Origin: Patescibacteria group bacterium
GTDB lineage: Bacteria > Patescibacteriota > Minisyncoccia > UBA6257 > UBA9933
Reading direction: 5' to 3'
Length of the DNA stretch: 46,001 nt
Assembly (NCBI GenBank): GCA_038057075.1
Contig: JBBUDV010000010.1
Location: 14,417-60,417 of the forward strand
In this document: positions 17,175-26,277 of the stretch, in pieces
Position numbering within the stretch: position 1 is the stretch's first letter
Layout: the number at the start of each line of letters is the position of its first letter
Notes under the pieces: generated by a model
The model's input: only the letters and a program-made list of their open reading frames with translations
The model's database searches: none
What the model was told of the DNA's origin: nothing
Made by a program: the position numbers and the translations under genes

Positions 17175-18623
17175 ATGCTCACAAAACGTCAAAAGCAAGT
17201 GCTGGATTTTATAATAAAATCCACGCAGAAAAAAGGTTTTGCGCCATCACAAGAAGAGATGGCAAAACATTTTCGTCTTTCTATTAGCACTATTAACCAA
17301 CACATTACATCTCTTAAAACCAAGGGTTATTTAGAGGGTGGTAAAAACAAAAAACGCGCCATTAAGGTGGTTGAAAATTCAAAAATGGTGCAAATTCCTC
17401 TATTAGGAACAATCGCAGCAGGGAAGCCGATTAGTTTATTTGAAGTACCGAGTGAAACCATTGCCATTCCAAAAAATAAAGTGCCTGCAGGTTCAGAAAT
17501 TTATGCGCTTCGCGTGATTGGAAACAGCATGATTGAAGAAAAAATAAACGATGGCGATTTGGTATTAGTAAACCAACAACAAACAGCCGAGAATGGACAA
17601 AAAGTAGTTGCACTTATAAATAATAGCGAAGCAACTTTAAAAAAATTCTACAAAGAAAGGGGTCAAATTCGTTTACAGCCGGCAAATAGAAATATGGCAC
17701 CTATTATCATAAAAAATGGGACGGATTTTGCCATCCAAGGAGTAGTTCTTGATGTAATAAAAGGATCTGGTCCAATTGTAATAAATAAAGAACAAGTTTT
17801 GCCAAGTAGAGAAATTAAAAAACAAAACAAAATCGATCCCCCGTATTTCGAAAAAAATGGATTTAAACTTTATAAAGCAAACTGTTTAGATATTTTAAAT
17901 TCACTCCCAGAAAATTCAGTTGATATGGTTTTTGCCGATCCTCCGTATAATCTTTCAAATGGCGGAATCTCAGTTCATTCCGGGCGAATGGTTAGCGTTA
18001 ATAAGGGCGACTGGGATAAAAGCAAAGGATTTAAAGATGATTACGATTTTCATTATAAATGGCTCGAGGCATGCCGGAGAGTTTTAAAACCAAATGGAAC
18101 TCTCTGGGTTAGCGGCACTTACCATTCAATTTATCAATGTGGTCACGCTTTGCAATCGCTTGGTTATCATATTTTAAATGATGTGGCGTGGTTTAAACCA
18201 AACGCATCGCCAAATTTAAGCTGCCGATTTTTTACGGCCAGCCATGAATCGCTTATTTGGGCGCGAAAAGAAAAAAAAGCAAAACACATGTTTAACTATT
18301 CCTTGATGAAAAATGGAAATTGGCCAGAAGATGTTTTAAAAAAACCAGGCCTTCAAATGCGATCTGTTTGGTCAATGGGGACTCCGAAACCAATAGAAAA
18401 AAAGTTCGGAAAACACCCAACTCAGAAACCCGAGGATTTACTCCGGCGAATTGTTTTGGCCAGTACAAATAAGGGTGACTTGGTTATTGACCCATTTACC
18501 GGCAGCTCAACAACAGGCATTGCGGCTTATCTTTATGGTAGAAAATTTATTGGCATTGATACCGAAAAAAAATTTTTAGATCTATCTATTAAAAGATTTG
18601 AAGATTTAGATTATAATTTGTAA
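17175..18623 (+). CDS. lexA: LexA repressor fused to a beta-class DNA adenine methyltransferase (DpnA-like)
   Basis: N-terminal part: LTKRQKQVLDFI wHTH, IAAG cleavage site, GNSM Ser, TLKK Lys. C-terminal part: DMVFADPPY, NKGDWD, PNLSCRFFT, KHPTQKP, DPFTGS. One uninterrupted 482-aa ORF. Confidence 0.92.
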   Translation: MLTKRQKQVLDFIIKSTQKKGFAPSQEEMAKHFRLSISTINQHITSLKTKGYLEGGKNKKRAIKVVENSKMVQIPLLGTIAAGKPISLFEVPSETIAIPKNKVPAGSEIYALRVIGNSMIEEKINDGDLVLVNQQQTAENGQKVVALINNSEATLKKFYKERGQIRLQPANRNMAPIIIKNGTDFAIQGVVLDVIKGSGPIVINKEQVLPSREIKKQNKIDPPYFEKNGFKLYKANCLDILNSLPENSVDMVFADPPYNLSNGGISVHSGRMVSVNKGDWDKSKGFKDDYDFHYKWLEACRRVLKPNGTLWVSGTYHSIYQCGHALQSLGYHILNDVAWFKPNASPNLSCRFFTASHESLIWARKEKKAKHMFNYSLMKNGNWPEDVLKKPGLQMRSVWSMGTPKPIEKKFGKHPTQKPEDLLRRIVLASTNKGDLVIDPFTGSSTTGIAAYLYGRKFIGIDTEKKFLDLSIKRFEDLDYNL

Positions 18624-18645
18624 ACCATAAGAAAATAATATAACT

Positions 18646-19167
18646 ATGAAAACAAAAGGTATTGGTGGAGGAAATACAATAACCGGACTTAATTTTGAAA
18701 AAAGACGAGATATTTTAGACATTCTAAAAAAAGCAAAGGATTATTCCGTAAAAAACGGCTTTATTTACTATCAAGGAAAAGAGGTAGCAAGAAGTTTTAG
18801 AAAACAAGGACTGTATAAAATGCTTTCCGAAAAAGGCATTGATTGGAGGAAATCTATATCAAAACGCCTATTTCCAGATGAGGCTATTTATGTAATCAAA
18901 AATAATACTCTTTTTATTATAGAAATGAAGTTTCAAAAAGTTGCCGGCTCGGTTGATGAAAAACTGCAAACCTGCGACTTTAAAAAGAAACAATACCACA
19001 AGCTCATGGCTCCGCTAAATATTGAGGTTAAATATATTTATATTTTAAGTGATTGGTTTAAAAACCCATCATATAAAGATACGCTTGATTATATTATTTC
19101 GGTTGGATGTCATTATTATTTCAATTATTTACCGTTGCAAAAACTTGGATTGCCAGTGCCAAAATAA
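18646..19167 (+). CDS. PD-(D/E)XK nuclease, probable restriction endonuclease
   Basis: GLNFE...FPDEA...IIEMKFQ..GSVDEK; directly downstream of the MTase. Confidence 0.8.
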   Translation: MKTKGIGGGNTITGLNFEKRRDILDILKKAKDYSVKNGFIYYQGKEVARSFRKQGLYKMLSEKGIDWRKSISKRLFPDEAIYVIKNNTLFIIEMKFQKVAGSVDEKLQTCDFKKKQYHKLMAPLNIEVKYIYILSDWFKNPSYKDTLDYIISVGCHYYFNYLPLQKLGLPVPK

Positions 19168-19256
19168 TACTTCTGTAAATTCAGGGTGGCCAACATAATC
19201 AAAAAAGAGGAGTGAAAAATACATTATTTGTAGAGTAGACAGCCCAACTTAAAGAC

Positions 19257-19763
19257 TTACTTAATATTTTCTTTTTCTAATTTACCAAAGATTACTCGAA
19301 AATAATCACGCGATTGCACGAATAGATTGAAAATCTCTGAATAAATATTTTTAACCTCCTTAACAGTTTTCCTTATTTCAGTTAAATTTTTTTGTTGAGT
19401 TATTTTGTGAACACCTAAAATTCTTATTCTATTTAGCTTAGTGCAATTAACATATAATTTTTGTTTCTGTGGAAAATTAACACAAGCTGCTAAATCTTGC
19501 AACAACTGTCCAAACATTTTTTCATCATGCTTCTTGAAATTGATTTGAAAAGGATAAACGCGACATTCAATTAAAAACTCGGAATTCCGAATTAACATTC
19601 GTACGATTTCTTCAACTAATTGTTGATATATTAATAGAGCCGCTAAATATCCTTCTGTTGTCTTTTTTTTGTATGACCGTGCTGCTACCTTATCTAAAAC
19701 ATCCAAAAAGCTTGCATTTTTAAAACTTGGCCAATTACTACGTTCTAAAATTTTATTAGACAT
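19257..19763 (-). CDS. Hypothetical helical protein
   Basis: 168-aa AT-rich ORF with no confident motif (weak HEPN-like R...H: RILGVH). Confidence 0.65.
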   Translation of the reverse strand: MSNKILERSNWPSFKNASFLDVLDKVAARSYKKKTTEGYLAALLIYQQLVEEIVRMLIRNSEFLIECRVYPFQINFKKHDEKMFGQLLQDLAACVNFPQKQKLYVNCTKLNRIRILGVHKITQQKNLTEIRKTVKEVKNIYSEIFNLFVQSRDYFRVIFGKLEKENIK

Positions 19764-19812
19764 TATTTAGTCCTAAAAGAATCGTAAGATATCAAACCGA
19801 TCGTAATCCAAG

Positions 19813-20424
19813 CTAATTACTAACAGCTTTTGACTTTTTCGTTAATTTCTTCCTTCTCCTCTTGGGTCTATTTTCCATAATAAGCCTTTTCACTTCGTCT
19901 TGATTTGGTAAGACACTGACTATTTCTTCACCAAGTATACTAAGCTGGTGAGTTGCGGGTGAGATACCCCGTGTCAAAAATTTATGACGATTTTGAGCTT
20001 TGGCAATGACATCTGCTATATTTCCTATTTTAGGTTGTCTTGCTTGAACAGTATTTATTTTATCAATTTCTGAATTTTTAAATTCATCCTTACCTTCTTT
20101 AAACTTCAAATAAAAAGCAATGACCGCGATACGTTGATAAAGATCTGTGGGTTTTTTTCTGCTCACAAATTTATCCATTGTATCATTAATCGTTGTGTCA
20201 CTTCCTACGCTAGGTAAATTTGATTCAATTAAACCAGAATTGTCTATATTTATCATAGAACCATCAAGCTTTAATTGTTTTAAAACAAAAGAAAGAATAT
20301 CTAAACGATCGTCTTCTTTGAGCCCCTCAAGTTCCTCTGTAATAATCTTAATTGCTTTAAGCTTTGATTCAAGATTTGATTCGCTACTATTTTTTATTTT
20401 TACCATATGTATATTTAACTTCAT
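19813..20424 (-). CDS. Hypothetical protein, possible C-terminal wHTH with basic tail
   Basis: 203-aa ORF; IAVIAFYL..HQLSILGE pattern; RPKRRRKK tail. Confidence 0.65.
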   Translation of the reverse strand: MKLNIHMVKIKNSSESNLESKLKAIKIITEELEGLKEDDRLDILSFVLKQLKLDGSMINIDNSGLIESNLPSVGSDTTINDTMDKFVSRKKPTDLYQRIAVIAFYLKFKEGKDEFKNSEIDKINTVQARQPKIGNIADVIAKAQNRHKFLTRGISPATHQLSILGEEIVSVLPNQDEVKRLIMENRPKRRRKKLTKKSKAVSN

Positions 20425-20474
20425 AGTATCAAATTAGTCAACTCAGCAACGTCTATCCCAAACCTAAGGTCACT

Positions 20475-20502
20475 AAAAAAGCCCGAGTAAATCGGGCTTT
20501 TT
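20475..20502. terminator. Terminator downstream of rpsI
   Basis: AAAAAAGCCCGA-GTAAA-TCGGGCTTTTT. Confidence 0.75.
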
Positions 20503-20528
20503 CTTATTATCTGTATCAAAAGACTTGT

Positions 20529-20984
20529 TTAACGTTTCTTCCATTGCGGGGCGCGCCTTGCTTTTTTCAAGCCCGGTTTCTTTCTTTCCACAACTCTGGC
20601 GTCGCGGGTCAGAAGTCCCAGTTTTCTTAATCTCTTTCTAAAAATCGGATTAAATTCAATTAAAGCTCTTGAAATGCCCAATTTAATCGCCTCCGCCTGC
20701 GCGCTGATACCTCCGCCGTTTACTTTAACCGTGGCGCCGAGCTTGTCGGTAATTTTCATTTTTTCCAAAGGACTGACAACTTCTTTTTGAAGCCGCAAAA
20801 TCGTGAAATAATTTTCCATCGGCTTTTCGTTAACAATAAATCTTTTATCTTTGGTGAAAAGCCGCACTCTGGCGGTGGCTTCTTTCCTGCGGCCAACCGC
20901 TTCGTAATATTTTTCCTTTTTTGCCGGTAATTTTTTTATCGCTTCTTTTTTCTCTTCTTTAATTGTTTCTGTTTTAGTAACCAT
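20529..20984 (-). CDS. rpsI: 30S ribosomal protein S9
   Basis: GRRKEATARVRL, GGG..QAEA, LLTRD.R.VERKKPGLKKARRAPQW.KR. Confidence 0.97.
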   Translation of the reverse strand: MVTKTETIKEEKKEAIKKLPAKKEKYYEAVGRRKEATARVRLFTKDKRFIVNEKPMENYFTILRLQKEVVSPLEKMKITDKLGATVKVNGGGISAQAEAIKLGISRALIEFNPIFRKRLRKLGLLTRDARVVERKKPGLKKARRAPQWKKR

Positions 20985-21328
20985 TATTTCTCAATAATTA
21001 ATTTTTTTATTCTTTTTATCTGTAAACGGTTTTTTGGAAGCATTCTCATCACCGCTCTTCTTAACACTTCTCTTTTTCCTTTTTTGGCGATAACCTCTTC
21101 CATTCTTTCTTCTTTCAAATGACCCATATAACCTGTATGGCGATAATAAATTTTATCCGTTTCTTTTTTGCCGCTCACCGTCATGTCGTTAATATTTTTA
21201 ACGATAACTTTATCTTCGCCTTCAAGTCGCGGATCGTAATTGGGATTTTTTTTTCCTTGTAAAATAACCGCTATTTCAGAAGCTAATCTCCCCAAATTTT
21301 TATTTTTCGCGTCAATGGTATAGTCCAT
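20984..21328 (-). CDS. rplM: 50S ribosomal protein L13
   Basis: IDA..LGRLASEIA..LQGK, KIYYRHTGY.G, AV.RMLPKN. Confidence 0.97.
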   Translation of the reverse strand: MDYTIDAKNKNLGRLASEIAVILQGKKNPNYDPRLEGEDKVIVKNINDMTVSGKKETDKIYYRHTGYMGHLKEERMEEVIAKKGKREVLRRAVMRMLPKNRLQIKRIKKLIIEK

Positions 21329-21521
21329 GGTGTCAATTTAATATGTTATTTAATACTAAGTGATACTAATAGATAATTCAGCGTTTGGCAAGCCCTTCAA
21401 ACTAAATTTATAATTATCAATTTACAATTTTCACTGAATTTTCAATGATTTAATTTTTAAATTATCCTATGTTTTAAAATTGGATAATTGATTCATTTAT
21501 TGAAAATTAAAAATTAAAAAT

Positions 21522-23666
21522 TTACTTTTTCCTTCCCTCAATAATCTGCTGAGTTATATTGTTGGGAACTTCTTCATAGTGGTCAAATTCCATAGTGGAA
21601 CTTGCGCGGCCTTGGGTGATTGAACGAAGTTTTGTGGCATAACCGAACATTTCAGACAAAGGAACTTTCGCGTCAACGACTTTGGTATTGCCGCGGTCAT
21701 TCATAGCGTCAATCCTTCCGCGTTTTGAATTCAAATCGCCGGTAACGTCTCCCAAAAAATTAACGGGGGTGATAACCTGAACTTTCATAATCGGCTCCAT
21801 AAGAATCGGTTTTGCTTTTTTGGCGCCTTCCTGCAAAGCCATTGAGCCGGCGATTTTAAAAGCCATTTCAGAAGAATCAACTTCATGGAATGAACCGTCA
21901 TAAAGCGCGACTTCAATGTCAGTCATCGGAAAACCGGCGACAACGCCTTTATCCAGGGCCTCGCGAATGCCTTTTTCAATCGGAGAAATAAATTCCTGCG
22001 GAATCGAGCCACCTTTTATCTGATTAACAAACACAAATCCTTTTCCTTTTTCCAGCGGTTTGACTTTGATTTTCGCATGACCGTATTGTCCGCGTCCTCC
22101 GGACTGCCTGATATATTTTCCTTCACCCTCGGCTTCATCTTTAATTGTCTCCCTGTAAGCGACTTGCGGCCTGCCTGTATTGGCTCCAACGCCAAATTCC
22201 CTCTTCATTCGGTCAATAAGAATTTCCAAATGAAGTTCGCCCATTCCCGAGATAATAGTTTCACCGGTTTCCTGGTCAGTTGAAATGCGGAATGTCGGGT
22301 CTTCTTCCGCCAATCTATGCATAGCAATGCCCATTTTTTCCTGGTCCGCTTTTGTTTTAGGTTCAATTTTAACGGAAATAACCGGCTCGGGAAAAGTAAT
22401 TTTTTCCAAAAGAATCGGTTTTTCCGGATCGCAAAGAGTGTCGCCGGTTGAAGTGTTTTTCAAACCGACAATAGCGCCCAAGTCGCCGGCATACATTTCG
22501 TCAACTTCCTCGCGCTTGTTCGCGTGCATACGGACGATACGGCTGACTCTTTCCTGATTTCCTTTTACGGAATTCAAAATGTAAGAGCCTTTTTTCATAA
22601 CTCCTGAATAAATTCTGAAAAACGTAAGGCTGCCGACAAAAGGATCAGTGGCAATCTTAAAAGCCAAAGCGGTGAGCGGTTCGGAGTCGCTTGTGGTTCT
22701 AATAATTTCTTCTCCGGTTTTAAGATTGACGCCTTTAATCGGTTTAAGTTCCATAACGTCAACAGGGGACGGCAAGTAATCCAAAACCGCGTCAAGCATA
22801 AGCTGAACGCCCTTGTTTTTCAAAGCTGAACCGCACAATACCGGAACCAATTTATTGTTGATTGTCGCTTTTCTCAAAGCGCTTCTTATTTCATCAACGG
22901 TAATTTCTTCTCCATTTAAATATTTTTCCGTTAATTTTTCGTCTTGTTCCGAAACTTTTTCAACAAGTTCGGCTCTTCTTTTTTCAGCTTCCGCTTTTAA
23001 ATGCGCGGGGATTTCTTTTTCAATAATTTTTTCGCCGTGTTCTCCTTCGGAACCGTAGGCTTTCATTTCAATAATATCTATAACGCCTTCAAAATTACCC
23101 TCTAAACCAATCGGAATCTGAATGGCAACGGCGTCCGGAGTCAGGCGGTCTTTAATTGATTGAAATGAATTGTCAAAACTCGCGCCCATCCTGTCCAATT
23201 TATTTATAAAACACATTCTCGGAACTTTATATTTATCCGCCTGATGCCAAACGGTTTCGGACTGCGGTTCAACTCCGGCAACCCCGTCAAAAACAACAAC
23301 GCCGCCGTCAAGAACTCTTAAAGACCTTTCAACCTCCACGGTAAAATCCACGTGTCCCGGCGTATCAATGATATTAATCCTGTGTTCGTATTTCTGCTTT
23401 AGCTCCTGTCTTTCTTTGTCGTCTTTGGCTTTATGGGTCAATCTTATCGGCGTCCAAAAACAAGTCGTGGCCGCGGCGGTAATGGTTATGCCGCGTTCCT
23501 GTTCTTGCTCCATCCAGTCCATAATGGCCTGACCCTCGTGAACTTCGCCGATTTTGTGCGAAATTCCGGTGTAAAAAAGAACCCGCTCGGAAACGGTTGT
23601 TTTACCGGCATCAATATGAGCAATGATGCCGATGTCTCTATATTTTTCAATCGGGTACTGTCTCAA
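21522..23666 (-). CDS. fusA: Elongation factor G (TTG start)
   Basis: [42 protein letters not shown]. Confidence 0.98.
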   Translation of the reverse strand: MRQYPIEKYRDIGIIAHIDAGKTTVSERVLFYTGISHKIGEVHEGQAIMDWMEQEQERGITITAAATTCFWTPIRLTHKAKDDKERQELKQKYEHRINIIDTPGHVDFTVEVERSLRVLDGGVVVFDGVAGVEPQSETVWHQADKYKVPRMCFINKLDRMGASFDNSFQSIKDRLTPDAVAIQIPIGLEGNFEGVIDIIEMKAYGSEGEHGEKIIEKEIPAHLKAEAEKRRAELVEKVSEQDEKLTEKYLNGEEITVDEIRSALRKATINNKLVPVLCGSALKNKGVQLMLDAVLDYLPSPVDVMELKPIKGVNLKTGEEIIRTTSDSEPLTALAFKIATDPFVGSLTFFRIYSGVMKKGSYILNSVKGNQERVSRIVRMHANKREEVDEMYAGDLGAIVGLKNTSTGDTLCDPEKPILLEKITFPEPVISVKIEPKTKADQEKMGIAMHRLAEEDPTFRISTDQETGETIISGMGELHLEILIDRMKREFGVGANTGRPQVAYRETIKDEAEGEGKYIRQSGGRGQYGHAKIKVKPLEKGKGFVFVNQIKGGSIPQEFISPIEKGIREALDKGVVAGFPMTDIEVALYDGSFHEVDSSEMAFKIAGSMALQEGAKKAKPILMEPIMKVQVITPVNFLGDVTGDLNSKRGRIDAMNDRGNTKVVDAKVPLSEMFGYATKLRSITQGRASSTMEFDHYEEVPNNITQQIIEGRKK

Positions 23667-23738
23667 TTTGACTTACAACTTACAACTTACAACTTACAAC
23701 TTTTGTCGTTAGTCGTTGGTCGTTAGTCGTTGGTTAAT
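23667..23738 (-). repeat. Heptamer-repeat hairpin element, copy 1
   Basis: On the minus strand: (C/T)AACGAC x4, AAAA, GTTGTAA x4, GTCAAA; fills the entire rpsG-fusA spacer. Confidence 0.88.
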
Positions 23739-24206
23739 TTATCGTGCAAAATGCGCGAAAGCTCTGTTAGCTTCGGCCATACGATGCACATTCTGTTTCT
23801 TTTTTATGGCAGAACCCTCGTTTTTAAAAGCTAAAATCAATTCTTCCGCCAATTTGTCCGCCATTGGTTTTCCTTTTTTCGCCCTTGCGGCTTCAATAAT
23901 CCACTTGCATGCCAAGAAAAATTTTCTTTCCGGCCTGACTTCCCTGGGCACCTGGTAGTTGGCGCCCCCGACTCTTTTTGAAACCACTTCCAAAAGAGGC
24001 GTTGCGTTTTCCAAGGCCTTTTCAAAAACAGTTGCCGGGTTATCTTTTGTTTCTTTTTGAATTTTGTCGAAAGCGTTGTAAAAAACTTTCTCGGCCGTGG
24101 ATTTCTTGCCGTCTTTCATTAAATAATTAATAAAACGGCCGATTGCGACAGAATCAAATTTAATGTCGGGATTTCGTTCTTTTTTATAATTTCGTTTTCT
24201 TCTCAT
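23739..24206 (-). CDS. rpsG: 30S ribosomal protein S7
   Basis: FINYLMKDGKKSTAEK, RVGGANYQVP, HRMAEANRAFAHF. Confidence 0.98.
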   Translation of the reverse strand: MRRKRNYKKERNPDIKFDSVAIGRFINYLMKDGKKSTAEKVFYNAFDKIQKETKDNPATVFEKALENATPLLEVVSKRVGGANYQVPREVRPERKFFLACKWIIEAARAKKGKPMADKLAEELILAFKNEGSAIKKKQNVHRMAEANRAFAHFAR

Positions 24207-24215
24207 AGTTTCAAA

Positions 24216-24626
24216 TTATTTGGGTTTTTTGGCCCCATATTTACTCCTTTGCTGTTTTCTGTTTTCAACCCCCGTAGTATCCAAAATACCCCTAATTATG
24301 TGGTATCTCACGCCCGGAAGGTCTTTGACTCTGCCGCCTCTTATCACAACAACGGAGTGCTCCTGCAAGGCGTGGCCTTCGCCCGGAATGTAAGCGGTAA
24401 CCTCGGTGCCGTTTGTAAGGCGGACCCTGGCCACTTTTCTTAAAGCCGAGTTCGGTTTTTTCGGAGTCGTGGTAAAGACCTTCAAACACACTCCTCTCTT
24501 AAACGGAGAGACCGAATTAACCGGCTTGTTTTGAATGGTATTAAAATAAAAGCCCATTGCCGGGGATTTTGATTTTTTGGAATTTGGCGTTCTTCCTTTT
24601 TTAATTAATTGGTGGATTGTAGGCAC
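24216..24626 (-). CDS. rpsL: 30S ribosomal protein S12 (GTG start)
   Basis: [38 protein letters not shown]. Confidence 0.98.
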   Translation of the reverse strand: MPTIHQLIKKGRTPNSKKSKSPAMGFYFNTIQNKPVNSVSPFKRGVCLKVFTTTPKKPNSALRKVARVRLTNGTEVTAYIPGEGHALQEHSVVVIRGGRVKDLPGVRYHIIRGILDTTGVENRKQQRSKYGAKKPK

Positions 24627-24726
24627 GTTTCAAATTAAAAAGTAAAAATGAAAAACTAAAAAACTTTAAATTTCTCGCCTTTTACCCTTATAAAATAAAT
24701 AAAAATCCTTTAACAGGACTGCAAAG

Positions 24727-24756
24727 ATAATAGCAGAATTATTGAGCAGGTGTCAA
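24727..24756 (-). promoter_or_regulatory. Promoter of rpsL-rpsG-fusA
   Basis: TTGACA-N18-TATTAT with TG extension; the -35 box overlaps the 5-bp flank of the adjacent MITE. Confidence 0.6.
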
Positions 24757-24757
24757 A

Positions 24758-24893
24758 CCCCGTCACTAAAAGAAAGACCGCGAAGCTTTTGTATTCCGTG
24801 ATATACCTAAGCAACGTTATTTACCTATTAGATAAGCTGATTAGGTTATAATATGGCTTCTGTTGGGAATATCTGTCTTTCTTTAGTACGGGG
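24758..24893. mobile_element. MITE family B (136 bp) with 5-bp target duplication TCAAA
   Basis: CCCCGTCACTAAAAGAAAGAC...GTCTTTCTTTAGTACGGGG, flanked by TCAAA at 24753-24757 and 24894-24898. Confidence 0.75.
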
Positions 24894-24905
24894 TCAAATA
24901 ATTAT

Positions 24906-24980
24906 TGGTGCGCGCTGAGGGGATTGAACCCCCGGCCTTCTCGGTGTAAACGAGACGCTCTACCACTGAGCTAAGCGCGC
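24906..24980 (-). tRNA. tRNA-Val(TAC)
   Basis: GCGCGCTTAGCTCAGTGGTAGAGC...CTCG-TTTACAC-CGAG...GGTTCAATCCC...GCGCGCACCA. Confidence 0.96.
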
Positions 24981-24984
24981 ATAA

Positions 24985-25581
24985 TTAAAAGCCGTTGTTA
25001 ATTTTCGATTGTTTTTTGATTATCTTTTGAATCCAATTTTCAACAAATATTACAACCACCAGAAAGATTGTTACAAATACGGCGAATATCTTCAAGTCCA
25101 TTTTTAAAATCGCGGTTCCTTCGGCAAACATATAACCAAGAGAAACAAAAAAAACTGTCCAGACAAAGTCGGCGGGAATGGTATATTTGACGAGTTTTTT
25201 AAACGGCATTTTAAAATATCCGCTGGCAATCAAAACAAATCGATTGATTGAAAATCCGAATTTGGAAACAAAAACGTGAAAATAATTTATTTTATTAATT
25301 TTATCTAAAACTGATTTAATTTTTTCCAAATTGAAAAATAAAAATTTTTTCTTTTCAGTTTGTAAAAGTTTCATGCCTATAAACCAAAACAGAACGTCAT
25401 GAATTATCACCCCCGCTAACGCGATAAAAACGGAATCTAAAAAATCTATTGTTCCACTCCTAACCAAAATGCCGGCAAAAATCAAAATAAGTTCGCCTTC
25501 AATAAACATACCCAAAAATATCGCGACATAAGTCAAAATTCTGTGAACCTCGGAAAAATTCATCAAAAAATTCTCAACCAT
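24985..25581 (-). CDS. DedA-family membrane protein
   Basis: FIEGELILIFAG, D..WF.IG, SKF..R..ASG..MPFKK, W..FVSLGY; TACAAT 6 nt before the ATG at 25581 (the longer ORF start runs through a terminator). Confidence 0.85.
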   Translation of the reverse strand: MVENFLMNFSEVHRILTYVAIFLGMFIEGELILIFAGILVRSGTIDFLDSVFIALAGVIIHDVLFWFIGMKLLQTEKKKFLFFNLEKIKSVLDKINKINYFHVFVSKFGFSINRFVLIASGYFKMPFKKLVKYTIPADFVWTVFFVSLGYMFAEGTAILKMDLKIFAVFVTIFLVVVIFVENWIQKIIKKQSKINNGF

Positions 25582-25637
25582 TGTTTTATTGTAACAATTT
25601 AAAAACAAAAATTTCAACAAAATGAATTGTATAAATA

Positions 25638-25668
25638 AAAAAACCGTCCCAATGTACATCGGGACGGC
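25638..25668 (-). terminator. Terminator of the lipoprotein gene
   Basis: GCCGTCCCGATG-TA-CATTGGGACGGT followed by a T-tract on the minus strand. Confidence 0.65.
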
Positions 25669-25685
25669 AATAATAATCTTCAAAC

Positions 25686-26147
25686 CTAATAATGAGCGAC
25701 GTTTTTGAAATCACGGTCGCGCACTATCCAGGTTTCGGTCTGGCGCCGCGAGCTGTCGGCGTAAAAATCTTTCGCAAAACTGCCCGCGACATTGTGCTGT
25801 TTTCCACACTGCTTGACGACCAGAATGGAAACTTTTTTGTACCCTCTGTTTTCGTAGGGGAAATTTTTAACTTTTACTATCTGGCTTTCCCCCTGCCTTA
25901 TATCCCCGATGTGAAGCCCATCCGCCAAAACCGCGAGTTCGCAGTTCCCTGAAATCATATTCTGGACGGTTAAAATGGACTCCGCGTAAAACTTTTCATG
26001 ATAGGGAACGGCATTGGGATAATAAGGGTAGGGCCGAAACAGATACCCGTCAAGACGGATGTCCGGAGTAAAGAAAATTTTCTCTCCGCAAGAACAACCT
26101 GAAAAAAACAGCGCTCCCAGCGATAAAACAATCAGGATTTTCTTCAC
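25686..26147 (-). CDS. Hypothetical lipoprotein-like protein
   Basis: KK, hydrophobic stretch and FFSGC lipobox; SD-like AAGGGGG; consensus promoter upstream. Confidence 0.72.
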   Translation of the reverse strand: MKKILIVLSLGALFFSGCSCGEKIFFTPDIRLDGYLFRPYPYYPNAVPYHEKFYAESILTVQNMISGNCELAVLADGLHIGDIRQGESQIVKVKNFPYENRGYKKVSILVVKQCGKQHNVAGSFAKDFYADSSRRQTETWIVRDRDFKNVAHY

Positions 26148-26192
26148 AATATACCCCCTTTAAAATTTAATTTATGTTAATTTACTGATAAA

Positions 26193-26221
26193 ATTATATG
26201 ACATTAAAATAGTTTTGTCAA
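26193..26221 (-). promoter_or_regulatory. Perfect consensus sigma70 promoter
   Basis: TTGACA-aaactattttaatgtca (17)-TATAAT. Confidence 0.85.
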
Positions 26222-26240
26222 CCCCGCACCTTTCAAATAA
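26221..26240. mobile_element. Solo terminal repeat of MITE family A
   Basis: ACCCCGCACCTTTCAAATA resembles ACCCCTCACCCTTCAAATA; abuts the -35 box. Confidence 0.6.
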
Positions 26241-26277
26241 AAAGCCCTAAATAAATAGGGCTTTAAAATAAACATGC

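Noticed and set aside
25582-25683. N-terminal extension of the DedA ORF (similar extensions for the 1471 gene, the kinase and rel)
   Set aside because: The extensions run through terminators, promoters or SD sequences; for DedA, the 1471 gene and the kinase a downstream ATG has the matching -10 or SD signal
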